IMG/VR virus record: IMGVR_UViG_3300022747_000014
Direction: 5' to 3' (one strand)
DNA: 64,000 nucleotides
DNA from: a virus
Lineage: Duplodnaviria > Heunggongvirae > Uroviricota > Caudoviricetes
Shown here: piece by piece, positions 7,884 through 17,407 of the stretch
Layout of the letters: each line of letters opens with the position of its first letter
Position numbering within the stretch: position 1 is the stretch's first letter
Notes under the pieces: generated by a model
What the model was told of the DNA's origin: nothing
Seen by the model: the letters and a program-made list of their open reading frames with translations, nothing else
The model's database searches: none
Position numbers and translations under genes: made by a program

Positions 7884-8843
7884 ATGAAAAAATCGCACAC
7901 TATTCGCTGGGTGTTATACCACGAACCTATCCATTTGTTTATTCGTACAGCAAAAGCATTTTCTGAAGAAATTGAAAAATTAACAGATGGACGTATTAAC
8001 GTAGAAGTTTACACTCTAGAAGAATATGCCCAAAAGTTTAAAAATGGTGTAGTGTTTGAACCTATTGCATTAATCAACTCAGGTGAAATTGACATGAGCC
8101 AGATGCAAACTGGCATCATTGGGGTATGGAATGCACCGGATTTCTTTGCACTAGACATGCCTTATTTGTTTAAGGACCACGATCATGCGACTCGTGTATT
8201 AGATGGCGAAATTGGTCGTAAGATGCTTGATTCGTTGCAAGATGTTAGCCCAGTTCAGGGTCTAGCATTTACATACAGCGGTGGCTTCCGAGTGTTAGCA
8301 ACAGACCGTCCAGTAAATACAACAGAAGACTTAGAAGGTTTAAAGTTAATTACTACAGCTAATCCTGTTATGGTAGAAACTGCTAAAAAGTTAGGTTGTG
8401 AGCCGTTGCCATATATGATTAGAGATTTGCATTCAAAAGGCAAAGAATTGGTTTCTATCCAAGGACATAGTGTAGAAACAACTTTACCACGTTATGAGTA
8501 CGAAGCAGATACAACAGTTCAAACTCACATCGCTGATACAAAACACAGCATGTACTTGACTAGCATACTAATTTCTAAAGATTTATGGAATCAATTTGAC
8601 AGCGAAGATCAAGAACTAATCCGCCAGGCAGCTCGTTCGGCCGCAGTTCAAGAGCGTCAATGGAGTGTTGATGAAGCAGATGAGTATGCTGTGAATACCA
8701 AACGACACGAAGAACTTGGAATCACTTACACTAAATTTAGCGACGAAGAGTTAGACAAAATGCGCTCTGTGGTTACTCCACTCTACGACCACTACAGTCA
8801 ATTCTTTAGCGCAGGTTTGATTGACGGTATCGTTAAGTCTTAA
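7884..8843 (+). CDS. hypothetical protein; paralog of 253-1200 (solute-binding-like?)
   Basis: 319 aa. Strong paralogy to ORF 253-1200 across the N-terminal 150 aa. Confidence 0.7.
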   Translation: MKKSHTIRWVLYHEPIHLFIRTAKAFSEEIEKLTDGRINVEVYTLEEYAQKFKNGVVFEPIALINSGEIDMSQMQTGIIGVWNAPDFFALDMPYLFKDHDHATRVLDGEIGRKMLDSLQDVSPVQGLAFTYSGGFRVLATDRPVNTTEDLEGLKLITTANPVMVETAKKLGCEPLPYMIRDLHSKGKELVSIQGHSVETTLPRYEYEADTTVQTHIADTKHSMYLTSILISKDLWNQFDSEDQELIRQAARSAAVQERQWSVDEADEYAVNTKRHEELGITYTKFSDEELDKMRSVVTPLYDHYSQFFSAGLIDGIVKS

Positions 8844-8861
8844 TTTTATAGATTTTCGACT

Positions 8862-9497
8862 ATGGAAAATATAGTATTTTCCTTCTATCAAGATAAAAAA
8901 ATACAACAAATAACATGCCGGGACCTGCTTAGAAATAAGAGAGTCCTGGTTTGTTCTATAACTAGACCGTTTGATAGAATTGCTACTCAATACTCAGAGT
9001 ACCTAGCAACCAAGTTGGCATTTTATGCAAATTCTGGAATTGATGCTGTATACTTTGTAAACTCCACACACGGTTTATATTATCTATCTGTCTATCCTAT
9101 TAGAGTAGATGGAAGCAAAATTGATTTATTAGTAGATCCATCTAAGACCTGGGTTGCTTATGCAAAGCAATTGTTCAGTAAATCACAAGACGTTGACTTT
9201 CTATCAAAGTTTTGGAATTACCAAGTTTTGTTTAACAACGGAGAAATTGAACACTTTACTGAATCTAGTCTAGATGATCCTTTGAGAGAAGCTACTAAAT
9301 TTATTAATCCCAAAGAAATCAAATGGGTTGCGAAAGAATATATTACCGAAGATCCGAAGTTAGTAGTGTGGCGACCCAGTTTACTAATGACTTCACAAAA
9401 GCAGATACCGGTATTTCAGGCTATCTATTATCAGAATGTTTGGCCCAACCCTAAATTAGACAAATATCTAGTTGACACTAATACCGCTATCAAGTAA
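8862..9497 (+). CDS. hypothetical protein
   Basis: 211-aa ORF. Confidence 0.5.
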   Translation: MENIVFSFYQDKKIQQITCRDLLRNKRVLVCSITRPFDRIATQYSEYLATKLAFYANSGIDAVYFVNSTHGLYYLSVYPIRVDGSKIDLLVDPSKTWVAYAKQLFSKSQDVDFLSKFWNYQVLFNNGEIEHFTESSLDDPLREATKFINPKEIKWVAKEYITEDPKLVVWRPSLLMTSQKQIPVFQAIYYQNVWPNPKLDKYLVDTNTAIK

Positions 9498-9780
9498 AAT
9501 ACTAACAACTAATACGTTTGAGTACACAACGTGGCGGTTATCTAGTACTAGTGGTAGTTCTATTAGCGGTAGCAAGCGGCAACGTGAGCAACATGGCCCC
9601 AAGGCTTGGTCGGCGATATCGGATACTTCCGAGGGCACATTATATTTAAAAACCGTGAACGAGTTGCAAGACCCTATGAAAAATGCTCGGGTTTCTGAGC
9701 TAGGTCAAAGGTCGCCCCTTTGCCCAGTGTAGTCCACAGTCGAAAACTAGGTTTCAGTGTACTCAAACTTATTAGATTAC

Positions 9781-9805
9781 AGCCCGCTTCGGCGGGCTTT
9801 TTCTT
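9781..9805 (+). terminator. rho-independent terminator
   Basis: AGCCCGC-TTCG-GCGGGCT followed by TTTTTCTT. Confidence 0.75.
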
Positions 9806-9860
9806 GACTATTAATTCAACTTATGTTATTATTGCTGCTCAATAATCTTTAAAGGCCAAT

Positions 9861-10022
9861 ATGTTTGAAAGTTTGGAAATTCGAAAAGCTGCTAATGGCT
9901 TTATTTTAGTAGTGCACACAGAAGACGACACCAAGGAATACGTTTATGATACAGAGCGCAAATTGCTCCGTAATGTAAAAGCATACCTTGGTGAAAAAAT
10001 TACAGCAGCAGACGCTGATTAA
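9861..10022 (+). CDS. small hypothetical protein (53 aa); not in the ORF track
   Basis: ATG 9861 to TAA 10020-10022, reading MFESLEIRKAANGFILVVHTEDD.... Lies between a terminator and the convergent minus-strand operon. Confidence 0.3.
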   Translation: MFESLEIRKAANGFILVVHTEDDTKEYVYDTERKLLRNVKAYLGEKITAADAD

Positions 10023-10964
10023 TTACCAGATAAAGTGATTGGCATAGTATTCTACTATTGCCTTTAACTCGTGATCGAAACTAGCCTTGGGTGTCCATCC
10101 CAGGGCTTTTATTTTGTCATCATTGATTGCATAACGAACGTCTTGTCCCTGGCGTTTAATGCTGGGATCAAGATAAAGATCATGTTGAAGATCTGTGCTG
10201 CCTGTGTAGTAGTCAATGATCTTTTTTGCAACTACAATATTCTGTTCTTCGTAGTTGCCGGATATGTTGTAAATCTCGTTAGTAACACCTGCATCAATTA
10301 TGGCAATAACAGCAGAGGCGGTATCGCTAGCATGTAGCCAAGTTCTGCGAGGTAGACCTTGGTCATGCAACGGAATAGGTCTACCTAGACTCAGTGCCTT
10401 GATACTGTTAGGAATAAACTTTTCTGTATATTGGCCTATGCCGTAATTGTTGGTTGGGCGCACAATTACGTATGGCACATTGTAAGTACGTGCCCATGCG
10501 GTAACTAACATATCAGCTGCTGCTTTAGTGGCACTATAAGGGTTGCTGGGCTTTAGCATGTCGGTTTCATAATGTGCACCTTCGACAATATCACCGTAGA
10601 CTTCGTCTGTACTAAAGTGTAGCAATACAGGTTTACGCTTGCGGTCTTTAACCAACTCTAGTAGACGATGTACGCCGTTGATGTTGCTCTTTAAGAACAC
10701 ATCGCTGGATAATATGCTGTTGTCAACGTGACTCTCGGCAGCAGTATTGATAATATAATCGGCCTCGTATAGGTGATCTATGTCATTGATATCAGTCTCT
10801 TCGAATGTAAAGTTTGGCCACTTACGTAGTTCGTCGAGATCGCCATTGGCAGCATAGGTAATTTTATCTACGCCGCGAACAAACCAACCGCGTTCAAGAC
10901 AGGCCTTGGTTACATAATAGCCAATAAAGCCCAGACAACCAGTTACATATACAACTTTCTTCAT
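10023..10964 (-). CDS. NAD-dependent epimerase/dehydratase (dTDP-glucose 4,6-dehydratase RmlB-like)
   Basis: N-terminal Rossmann motif VTGCLGFIGYYV, catalytic YSATKAAAD (YxxxK), 313 aa. Confidence 0.75.
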   Translation of the reverse strand: MKKVVYVTGCLGFIGYYVTKACLERGWFVRGVDKITYAANGDLDELRKWPNFTFEETDINDIDHLYEADYIINTAAESHVDNSILSSDVFLKSNINGVHRLLELVKDRKRKPVLLHFSTDEVYGDIVEGAHYETDMLKPSNPYSATKAAADMLVTAWARTYNVPYVIVRPTNNYGIGQYTEKFIPNSIKALSLGRPIPLHDQGLPRRTWLHASDTASAVIAIIDAGVTNEIYNISGNYEEQNIVVAKKIIDYYTGSTDLQHDLYLDPSIKRQGQDVRYAINDDKIKALGWTPKASFDHELKAIVEYYANHFIW

Positions 10965-11482
10965 AACGATCTCCGTAGATTTAAATAGGCCGGAGTTGTG
11001 CTATACAAGAACTTTGCAAAGTCTTGTTCTAGCGAAGCAAGGTCAGTGGGTTTGTACAAATCAATATTAGACAACGACTTTAATACAACCTCGTCATCAT
11101 CTGCCCAATGGCTAATACCATCATGTGAGTAGTCTCGGTCTCTACCGGACCCAAGTAACTTAATTGGGATAGATTCCCAGTGTGCATAATTACGTAACAT
11201 TTCAAACGGTCTATATAACAAGAAACTGCTCATTGAGTAGCAAACAGGAATTAACCCTTCGTTGGCCATTCCAATGGCAACACCTATCATTAGATGTTCT
11301 GCTGCACCTACGTTGTAAAATCGATCAGGGTGTGCAGCACGTATAGGGTCTAGTACGCCGAACCCTAGGTCCGCAGTGATTACTCTAATGCGACTATCCT
11401 TATTCATTTCAGCTAGCAACAGGCCAGCACATTCACGACGCATATTTGATAATCTCCTGGTAGTTCTCTTCTTTAAGAACAT
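10961..11482 (-). CDS. transketolase-like protein, C-terminal (pyrimidine-binding) subunit, miniature
   Basis: Similar to the transketolase Pyr domain (HLMIGVAIGMANEGLIPV...GSGRDRDYSHDGISHWADDD). Likely true start at internal MRRECAG. Confidence 0.6.
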   Translation of the reverse strand: MFLKKRTTRRLSNMRRECAGLLLAEMNKDSRIRVITADLGFGVLDPIRAAHPDRFYNVGAAEHLMIGVAIGMANEGLIPVCYSMSSFLLYRPFEMLRNYAHWESIPIKLLGSGRDRDYSHDGISHWADDDEVVLKSLSNIDLYKPTDLASLEQDFAKFLYSTTPAYLNLRRSL

Positions 11483-12056
11483 AGTAATGTGTTAACAACT
11501 CAGAAGCAAAGGACCAACGCAGTGGATCGCTGACTCTGATGTTTATTCGGGGCATAAATGTAACTAGTCTGGATACCAGTCTAGGAATATCGACCATGTC
11601 ATATGCACCCATACCGTTGATGTTTATATAGACTTCTAAATTATCCACCGGATTATCGTTGATGAATCTCAAAGATTCCCATATGCTACCTTCAGCAGCT
11701 TCACCGTCACTGATCATGCAGTATACTTTCTTGTTGGGAGTTGCCAATGCATGTCCGACTGCAATGGGCAAACCTGATCCTAGGCTACCAGTTGAACAGT
11801 AAAGTTTATTTTCTAAGTCACGCCCTGGGTGTATGCCGTGTTTGTGTAACAGGGCAACTGGGTCAATGCCGTAATATTTTTCAAGTACAACATACAAGGC
11901 CAGCCCTGCATGCCCGTTGCTAAGAATAAAGACTTCGTCGTCTTTCTTTTGTTCGTAAATTTCTTCAATGATGGGCAATGCACTCAGTGTGCTGCTAAGG
12001 TGACTTAGTTTTTCTTGATAGGTAATATCAATAAGTCTACGAGCAGTTGTAATCAT
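11433..12056 (-). CDS. transketolase-like protein, N-terminal (ThDP-binding) subunit, miniature
   Basis: SNGHAGLALY, SLGSGLPIAVGHA and a GDG-like SDGEAAEGSIWE ThDP-binding motif. Overlaps the C-terminal subunit gene. Confidence 0.6.
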   Translation of the reverse strand: MITTARRLIDITYQEKLSHLSSTLSALPIIEEIYEQKKDDEVFILSNGHAGLALYVVLEKYYGIDPVALLHKHGIHPGRDLENKLYCSTGSLGSGLPIAVGHALATPNKKVYCMISDGEAAEGSIWESLRFINDNPVDNLEVYININGMGAYDMVDIPRLVSRLVTFMPRINIRVSDPLRWSFASELLTHYYVLKEENYQEIIKYAS

Positions 12057-12637
12057 AGTTTTTCGAGCTTAACTGCTCTTCCGATTCCGTTTTCAATAAC
12101 GTATTCACTATTCCATCTTGTACGTTCTGCATGTTTAAACATAAACTCGTGGTAAGCTCTACGTACACCAATGTGCTCCATGTCGTCAAACAATATTACA
12201 CCTTCGTTACCTTCTAGTAACTTGATTGCAAGATCGCCATCGACTGCAACATCTTCGTAATGGTGACTGCCGTCGATGATGATCAATCGAATATTCATGT
12301 CCTTGACCATCTCTTCACTGCATACTTCTAAGAATTCTTTACTAGTTGTTTCAAAGTGCACAATGTTAGTTAAACCCTGTGTGTTGGCCGCAAAGTTTTC
12401 CTTCTGTGTCATCATCTTATCGCCGGTAGTTTGGTAACTAGATCCAACGGTGTACCCGTCTTCAATGAATGGATCAATTGAGTAGACTATGCGATCCGGA
12501 AATGCCCGTGCAAGTCTAGCAGTACCTGCTCCATTAAATGCTCCAATTTCTAAGATGTTGCCGGCCAGGTTAGATAAAATAGATTCGGCAAGTGAATATA
12601 TGTGTCCACTCAGCACTTTTGCTTGATCATTCTGCAT
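12053..12637 (-). CDS. class I SAM-dependent methyltransferase (sugar O-methyltransferase-like)
   Basis: ILEIGAFNGAGT (motif I), IIIDGSHHYEDV. Confidence 0.55.
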   Translation of the reverse strand: MQNDQAKVLSGHIYSLAESILSNLAGNILEIGAFNGAGTARLARAFPDRIVYSIDPFIEDGYTVGSSYQTTGDKMMTQKENFAANTQGLTNIVHFETTSKEFLEVCSEEMVKDMNIRLIIIDGSHHYEDVAVDGDLAIKLLEGNEGVILFDDMEHIGVRRAYHEFMFKHAERTRWNSEYVIENGIGRAVKLEKL

Positions 12638-13454
12638 TTCTTAATTTTCCAATCATGTCTTTGATTCCCATTTCAATGGAGTATTCAGTTTTAAATCCGT
12701 ATTGTTGTTTGGCATAGTTAGTATCACATACCCATACCTTGCTTTCAAATGGTTTGCTAAACTCGTCTATGTATGTTACAGGAGCGGTGTTTATTCCGGA
12801 TACATGTTTCCAAGCATCTAGCACAGCTAGATTGCTATGTTGAACCCCGCTGCCAAAGTTAACAATCTCTCCCACTGGCCATGCGCGGTTTAATACCAGT
12901 TCTATGCCACGAACAAAGTCTTCGATATAGATAAAGTCATGGTACCCATCGTGTAATATCATTGCTTCTTTATGATAAAACGCTCTATATAGTTTTTGGA
13001 ATAGTCTATGTGGACGTTCGTATTGTCCAAACCCGCTGTAGATACGTGCCACTAGAGTTTGTAATCCAAACTGTCTAGCATATCCTTGACACATCAATGT
13101 AGCAGCACCCTTGGTTGCTTGATAAACATCCATTGGGTTAATAGGATCAGTTTCTGCACTGGCTCTAGGCATGGGCCCGTACTCTGCACTGGAACCCAGT
13201 TGTATTAGTCTAGTTTTTGGGTTTCGTTTGAGCCATTCTAAGATAGCTTCTACTAGATCTATGTTTGTACGATACATTTTATTTGCATCGTAGATTTCTC
13301 CTGCACAATTGATGATCAAATCGGGCTTGGATACTTCTAACATAATAAAGATATCAGTACCACGCACGTATTCAATTACTTCGTGCGTGGGTTCAAAGTG
13401 TTCTTTGAGACTGCGTCCAATGAATCCACTGGTGCCTGTAATAAAGATTTTCAT
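12627..13454 (-). CDS. NAD-dependent epimerase/dehydratase (NDP-sugar reductase/epimerase)
   Basis: ITGTSGFIGRSL Rossmann motif, YQATKGAAT (YxxxK). Start trimmed to internal MKIFITG (ATGA overlap with the upstream gene). The ORF track extends it to 13547. Confidence 0.65.
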   Translation of the reverse strand: MKIFITGTSGFIGRSLKEHFEPTHEVIEYVRGTDIFIMLEVSKPDLIINCAGEIYDANKMYRTNIDLVEAILEWLKRNPKTRLIQLGSSAEYGPMPRASAETDPINPMDVYQATKGAATLMCQGYARQFGLQTLVARIYSGFGQYERPHRLFQKLYRAFYHKEAMILHDGYHDFIYIEDFVRGIELVLNRAWPVGEIVNFGSGVQHSNLAVLDAWKHVSGINTAPVTYIDEFSKPFESKVWVCDTNYAKQQYGFKTEYSIEMGIKDMIGKLRNAE

Positions 13455-14092
13455 TTTACTATTTGAGTTAACATTTTTTCGGCCTGTGCCATACGTACCG
13501 GCTTGTGCAGTCCCGGCCAATGTACGATCCAGTCTCCGCTTTGCCATTCGCCACTATGTCCTAGTACGTCGGTGCGTACATCACAATAGTCGTATGGTTC
13601 TTGAACATAACTGTTCATGTAACGCTGCGGCACAATCTTGACTATGTCAAGATAATCATCAATGGTATCAATGATGACCTGCTGTTCTGCCCAGTTAGAC
13701 TCGGCATACTCTTGCTCACGATCAATGATCATTTGCAAATAGTCACGGCCCTGTTGGCTATTACGTACTAAGAAATTGCCTGCGTTGATGTTTAGTCGAT
13801 CGACAGGTACGATTACGTGGTAATCGTTGTCAATCTTGTCTTCTATTTTGATAGTATGGTTAGTGATAGTGGCATCGCACTCACTGAACAAACACCATTC
13901 TATGTCTGGATGTGTGTTAAACAGGTCCAACACATAATGAATCTTGTTAAAACCCATGATTGGGCTATACTTGGTGTCCTTAAGGACAAAGAACTCATAT
14001 CCGTAACGTGTGCAATATTCCTTTTTGGGTGCATCTGTTAGGTCAGCAAGGTCTTGATAGTTATCGGTATTGATGCTGGCTACAGCGTACAT
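13451..14092 (-). CDS. hypothetical protein, possible nucleotide-sugar glycosyltransferase
   Basis: Start trimmed to MYAVASIN (the track ORF reaches 14290 with a junk-like basic N-terminus). Family unresolved. Confidence 0.45.
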   Translation of the reverse strand: MYAVASINTDNYQDLADLTDAPKKEYCTRYGYEFFVLKDTKYSPIMGFNKIHYVLDLFNTHPDIEWCLFSECDATITNHTIKIEDKIDNDYHVIVPVDRLNINAGNFLVRNSQQGRDYLQMIIDREQEYAESNWAEQQVIIDTIDDYLDIVKIVPQRYMNSYVQEPYDYCDVRTDVLGHSGEWQSGDWIVHWPGLHKPVRMAQAEKMLTQIVK

Positions 14093-14132
14093 TGGAATCC
14101 TTGAAAATTTAATTTTACAATATTTATTGGGT

Positions 14133-14762
14133 TTATACAACTTGAAGTTTCTTCTTTTGCCAAAGCAATTTTCGAGCCTCAGACATTTTCTTTTTTGTTT
14201 CCTCAGACAATACTCTTCCTTTGAGAGAGTTAGATAGTTTGTCTTTTTGTTCCTGCGGCATCGGGCCTTTTGTCTTCCCTTTTTGTGCATCAGACAACTT
14301 TTTTCTTGTTTCTACAGACACTTCTCGACCTACTAGGTCAGGCCTCTTTCTCCCTATTTGCCAATCAGCCATTTTCTTTCTAGTTTCATTAGATGGGATT
14401 TTGCCCTTGTGTGCATCAGACATTTTCTTCCTTGTTTCATCACTGTGGGTTTTTCCTGTCATGCCAATGGTTTTTCCGCCGTTGCCTTCTTCGGATTTTA
14501 AATTGGCCCAACTAGTATCATAAACTACATTCCATAATTTACTAAAGTGTTTGCCCCAATATTTTACTTCTTCTTTAGTTTGACATTCTTTTAAAATTTC
14601 AGTAGTATAGTTGTATCCGTGTTTGTCTAAATGTTTGAGCCAATAGGTTCCTGACCCTGGGTATTTGTGTGGATCTTTTTTAGACGTTTGCCCTAGATAT
14701 TGAAGCCCGGTATTCTTGTGTGTCTTTTTGTACAAATAAATAGTCACTATACTGCCTTTCAA
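14133..14762 (-). CDS. GIY-YIG homing endonuclease (Seg/I-TevI-like) with NUMOD3 DNA-binding repeats
   Basis: N-terminal TIYLY...(10 aa)...YLGQT matches GIY-(x10)-YIG. C-terminal half has four tandem ETRKKMS(D/E)A(H/Q)KGK NUMOD3-like motifs. Confidence 0.7.
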   Translation of the reverse strand: MKGSIVTIYLYKKTHKNTGLQYLGQTSKKDPHKYPGSGTYWLKHLDKHGYNYTTEILKECQTKEEVKYWGKHFSKLWNVVYDTSWANLKSEEGNGGKTIGMTGKTHSDETRKKMSDAHKGKIPSNETRKKMADWQIGRKRPDLVGREVSVETRKKLSDAQKGKTKGPMPQEQKDKLSNSLKGRVLSEETKKKMSEARKLLWQKKKLQVV

Positions 14763-14774
14763 TTACATTTATTT

Positions 14775-15641
14775 ATGACTAAAATCTACGACTGCTTTAC
14801 CTTTTATAACGAACTTGACTTACTTGAACTTAGACTAGAAACACTGTACGATCATGTTGATCACTTTGTGCTAGTTGAAGCCGACACAACCTATACCAGC
14901 AGACCTAAACCATTTTATTTTGAGGACAACCGTGCCCGTTACAGCAAATGGGCAGACAAAATCATACATGTTAAAGCCACTATGCCAAGACATCCTGATG
15001 CATGGGTCAATGATAGATACCAAAGAGATCAAATATATGTAGGTATAGAACATGTCGATGCCAATGACTTGATCCTAGTGTCGGATCTAGACGAGATTGT
15101 GCGCCCTGCCGCAGTTGACTACATGCGAAACAGTGAACAAACAGTGTTTGCCTTGCGTATGAGCTTGCACAACTTTAAACTAAATTACATGAAGGTCAAT
15201 CCAGATCGCTATGCTATATGGGGCATGGCTGCACGTAGATCTGTGTTTGATGACATTAAACCAGATGCATTTAGACAGTTGCGATTTCAGTTTATGGATT
15301 CTCCCTATCAGTTTAGTAATGCAGGATGCCAAGTAGTCGAACACGGCGGTTGGCATTTTGGTTACATGGGAGACAAAGATTGGTTACTAGACAAAGCACA
15401 GAGTTTTGCACATACTGAGGTTAACAATCCTGAATTCCTATCTCAAATTGATCCAGATGCCAGTATTGCAAAAAGAACAAGCTGGCAGCAAAACAGCAGC
15501 GATAAATATGAAATAGTAGAACTTGACTCTTATTTCCCCGAGCCAGTTTTACGACACCAAGATCGATATCAAAAATATATTTTGGATAATGCAACAGCCA
15601 AAGCACTTGATTTGTTGCCTGCATATCCTTATAATGTGTAA
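14775..15641 (+). CDS. glycosyltransferase, GT17-like (beta-1,4-GlcNAc-transferase-like fold)
   Basis: N-terminal DCFTFYNELDLLELRLETL...DHFVLVEA matches the Glyco_transf_17 signature. Start trimmed to MTKIYD at 14775. Confidence 0.55.
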   Translation: MTKIYDCFTFYNELDLLELRLETLYDHVDHFVLVEADTTYTSRPKPFYFEDNRARYSKWADKIIHVKATMPRHPDAWVNDRYQRDQIYVGIEHVDANDLILVSDLDEIVRPAAVDYMRNSEQTVFALRMSLHNFKLNYMKVNPDRYAIWGMAARRSVFDDIKPDAFRQLRFQFMDSPYQFSNAGCQVVEHGGWHFGYMGDKDWLLDKAQSFAHTEVNNPEFLSQIDPDASIAKRTSWQQNSSDKYEIVELDSYFPEPVLRHQDRYQKYILDNATAKALDLLPAYPYNV

Positions 15642-15656
15642 TCTATTAGGAAATCA

Positions 15657-16697
15657 ATGACAAAAACCGTTTTAATTACCGGCGGGGCCGGTTTCATCGC
15701 GCATCATGCGATTGATAAAATTTTACGTGACACTGATTGGAACATTGTATGTCTAGATCGTCTAGACATCTCGGGTAACTTAAACAGACTGCATGACATG
15801 TTGCAAGATCACGACACTGCAACTGTTTCTAGCCGTTTACGTATTGTGTTTCATGATCTCAAGGCCGAACTTAACGAAATGATTGTTAAGCAGATTGGCC
15901 CAATTGACATTGTGTTGCACTTGGCTGCTGGCTCGCACGTAGATCGCAGCATCCAATATCCCATGGAGTTTGTACAAGACAACGTAGTTGGTACCGTTAA
16001 TCTATTAGACTATGCCCGTAAGCATTTGCCTAATTTGGAACGCTTTGTTTATTTCTCAACAGATGAAATATTCGGAGTAGCACCAATTGGTGTTAGCTAT
16101 AAAGAATACGATCGCTACAACAGCACAAACCCTTATTCGGCAAGTAAAGCAGCAGCAGAAGAGTTCTGCGTAGCCTACGAGAATACTTACAAAATGCCTA
16201 TCGTTGTTACACACACTATGAATGTGTTTGGCGAGCGTCAGCATCCGGAGAAGTTTATCCCAATGGTAATTCAACGTGCTCGTGATGGAGAGAAAGTCTA
16301 CATTCATGCCAACCCAGAGAAAACCGAAGCTGGTACACGTATGTACATTCACGCCAAGGACGTAGCAGATGGGCTAATGTTTATTCTGCAAAACGTGCCA
16401 CGTGATTACAAGCACCAAGGCGACTATGGTTCAGCACATTGTCCAAAGTTTAATCTTGTGGGCACTGAAGAAATTGATAACCTAACCCTTGCTGAGATGA
16501 TTGCCGCAGCGCAAGGTAAAGAACTCAACTACGAAATGGTTGATTTCCATGGCAGTCGTCCTGGGCATGACTTGCGTTACGCACTAGATGGCGGCCTACT
16601 TAAAGAGCTTGGTTGGGAACCTAAGATTAAACTCAGCGAACGTATTGCTGACATGACAAAATGGACATTGGAGAACGACAGATGGCTTTGCAAGTAA
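15657..16697 (+). CDS. NAD-dependent epimerase/dehydratase (dTDP-glucose 4,6-dehydratase family)
   Basis: ITGGAGFIAHH Rossmann motif, YSASKAAAEEF. Confidence 0.75.
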   Translation: MTKTVLITGGAGFIAHHAIDKILRDTDWNIVCLDRLDISGNLNRLHDMLQDHDTATVSSRLRIVFHDLKAELNEMIVKQIGPIDIVLHLAAGSHVDRSIQYPMEFVQDNVVGTVNLLDYARKHLPNLERFVYFSTDEIFGVAPIGVSYKEYDRYNSTNPYSASKAAAEEFCVAYENTYKMPIVVTHTMNVFGERQHPEKFIPMVIQRARDGEKVYIHANPEKTEAGTRMYIHAKDVADGLMFILQNVPRDYKHQGDYGSAHCPKFNLVGTEEIDNLTLAEMIAAAQGKELNYEMVDFHGSRPGHDLRYALDGGLLKELGWEPKIKLSERIADMTKWTLENDRWLCK

Positions 16698-17407
16698 AAC
16701 ATGCATTTATTGTAACCAGTGCTATCAACAGCAAGTTTGGTGTATTTAACCCCGCACAACGATTAGAACAAACGCTAGGCACCATCTGGAGTATCAAAGA
16801 ACGTATTCCTGATGCCAAGATCATTGTAATGGAAGTGTGTGGCACTCCGGTAACTGAAGAACAAGAACAATTACTGCGTTCTAACTCTGATATCTTTATT
16901 GATTGCAGCAGAGAAGATGATGTGCAAGCACTGTACGACAATGACAATTGGGATGTGGTAAAGAACGGTACCGAAATTATGTGTTTCGGCCGTGTGTTGT
17001 CCATTCTACAAGAAGAAAAATTACTAGACGGAGTTGATCGTGTGCACAAGGTATCAGGTCGATATATATTAAACAACAAGTTTGATGCTGAACTCTATGA
17101 GCGTGAAGAATTAGCAGACCGTATCATCATTGGTCCAAAGCACAAGAGTCAGTTTCCTATAGAAATAACCACAGTTCCATTACAATACATGGCACGTCTA
17201 TGGTCTTGGCCTGCCAACATTACTGATCAAGTTGTAAAAGTATACTTAGACAGCTTTAACTTCTTTGCAGAACGTTTAAGCCAAGGTGGTTACGTGGACA
17301 TTGAGCATGTACTGTATAAGTTTTTACCAACAGAATTAATACACGAAGAATCGGAATTGGGCATAGAAGGCGCAATTGCCCCCAATGGTGCACCAGTAAA
17401 GAACTAA
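16661..17407 (+). CDS. hypothetical protein in the sugar cluster (alternative start 16682)
   Basis: 248-aa ORF co-directional with and tightly packed against its neighbours. Confidence 0.5.
   Translation: MDIGERQMALQVKHAFIVTSAINSKFGVFNPAQRLEQTLGTIWSIKERIPDAKIIVMEVCGTPVTEEQEQLLRSNSDIFIDCSREDDVQALYDNDNWDVVKNGTEIMCFGRVLSILQEEKLLDGVDRVHKVSGRYILNNKFDAELYEREELADRIIIGPKHKSQFPIEITTVPLQYMARLWSWPANITDQVVKVYLDSFNFFAERLSQGGYVDIEHVLYKFLPTELIHEESELGIEGAIAPNGAPVKN

Noticed and set aside
14700-14774. ORF-track N-terminal extension of the GT17-like gene (start 14700), and likewise extensions of 13451-14290, 12627-13547 and 48340-49047
   Set aside because: The extensions overlap neighbouring genes, have junk-like composition and lack RBSs. 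Internal ATGs adjacent to upstream stops give compact, coupled gene arrangements.
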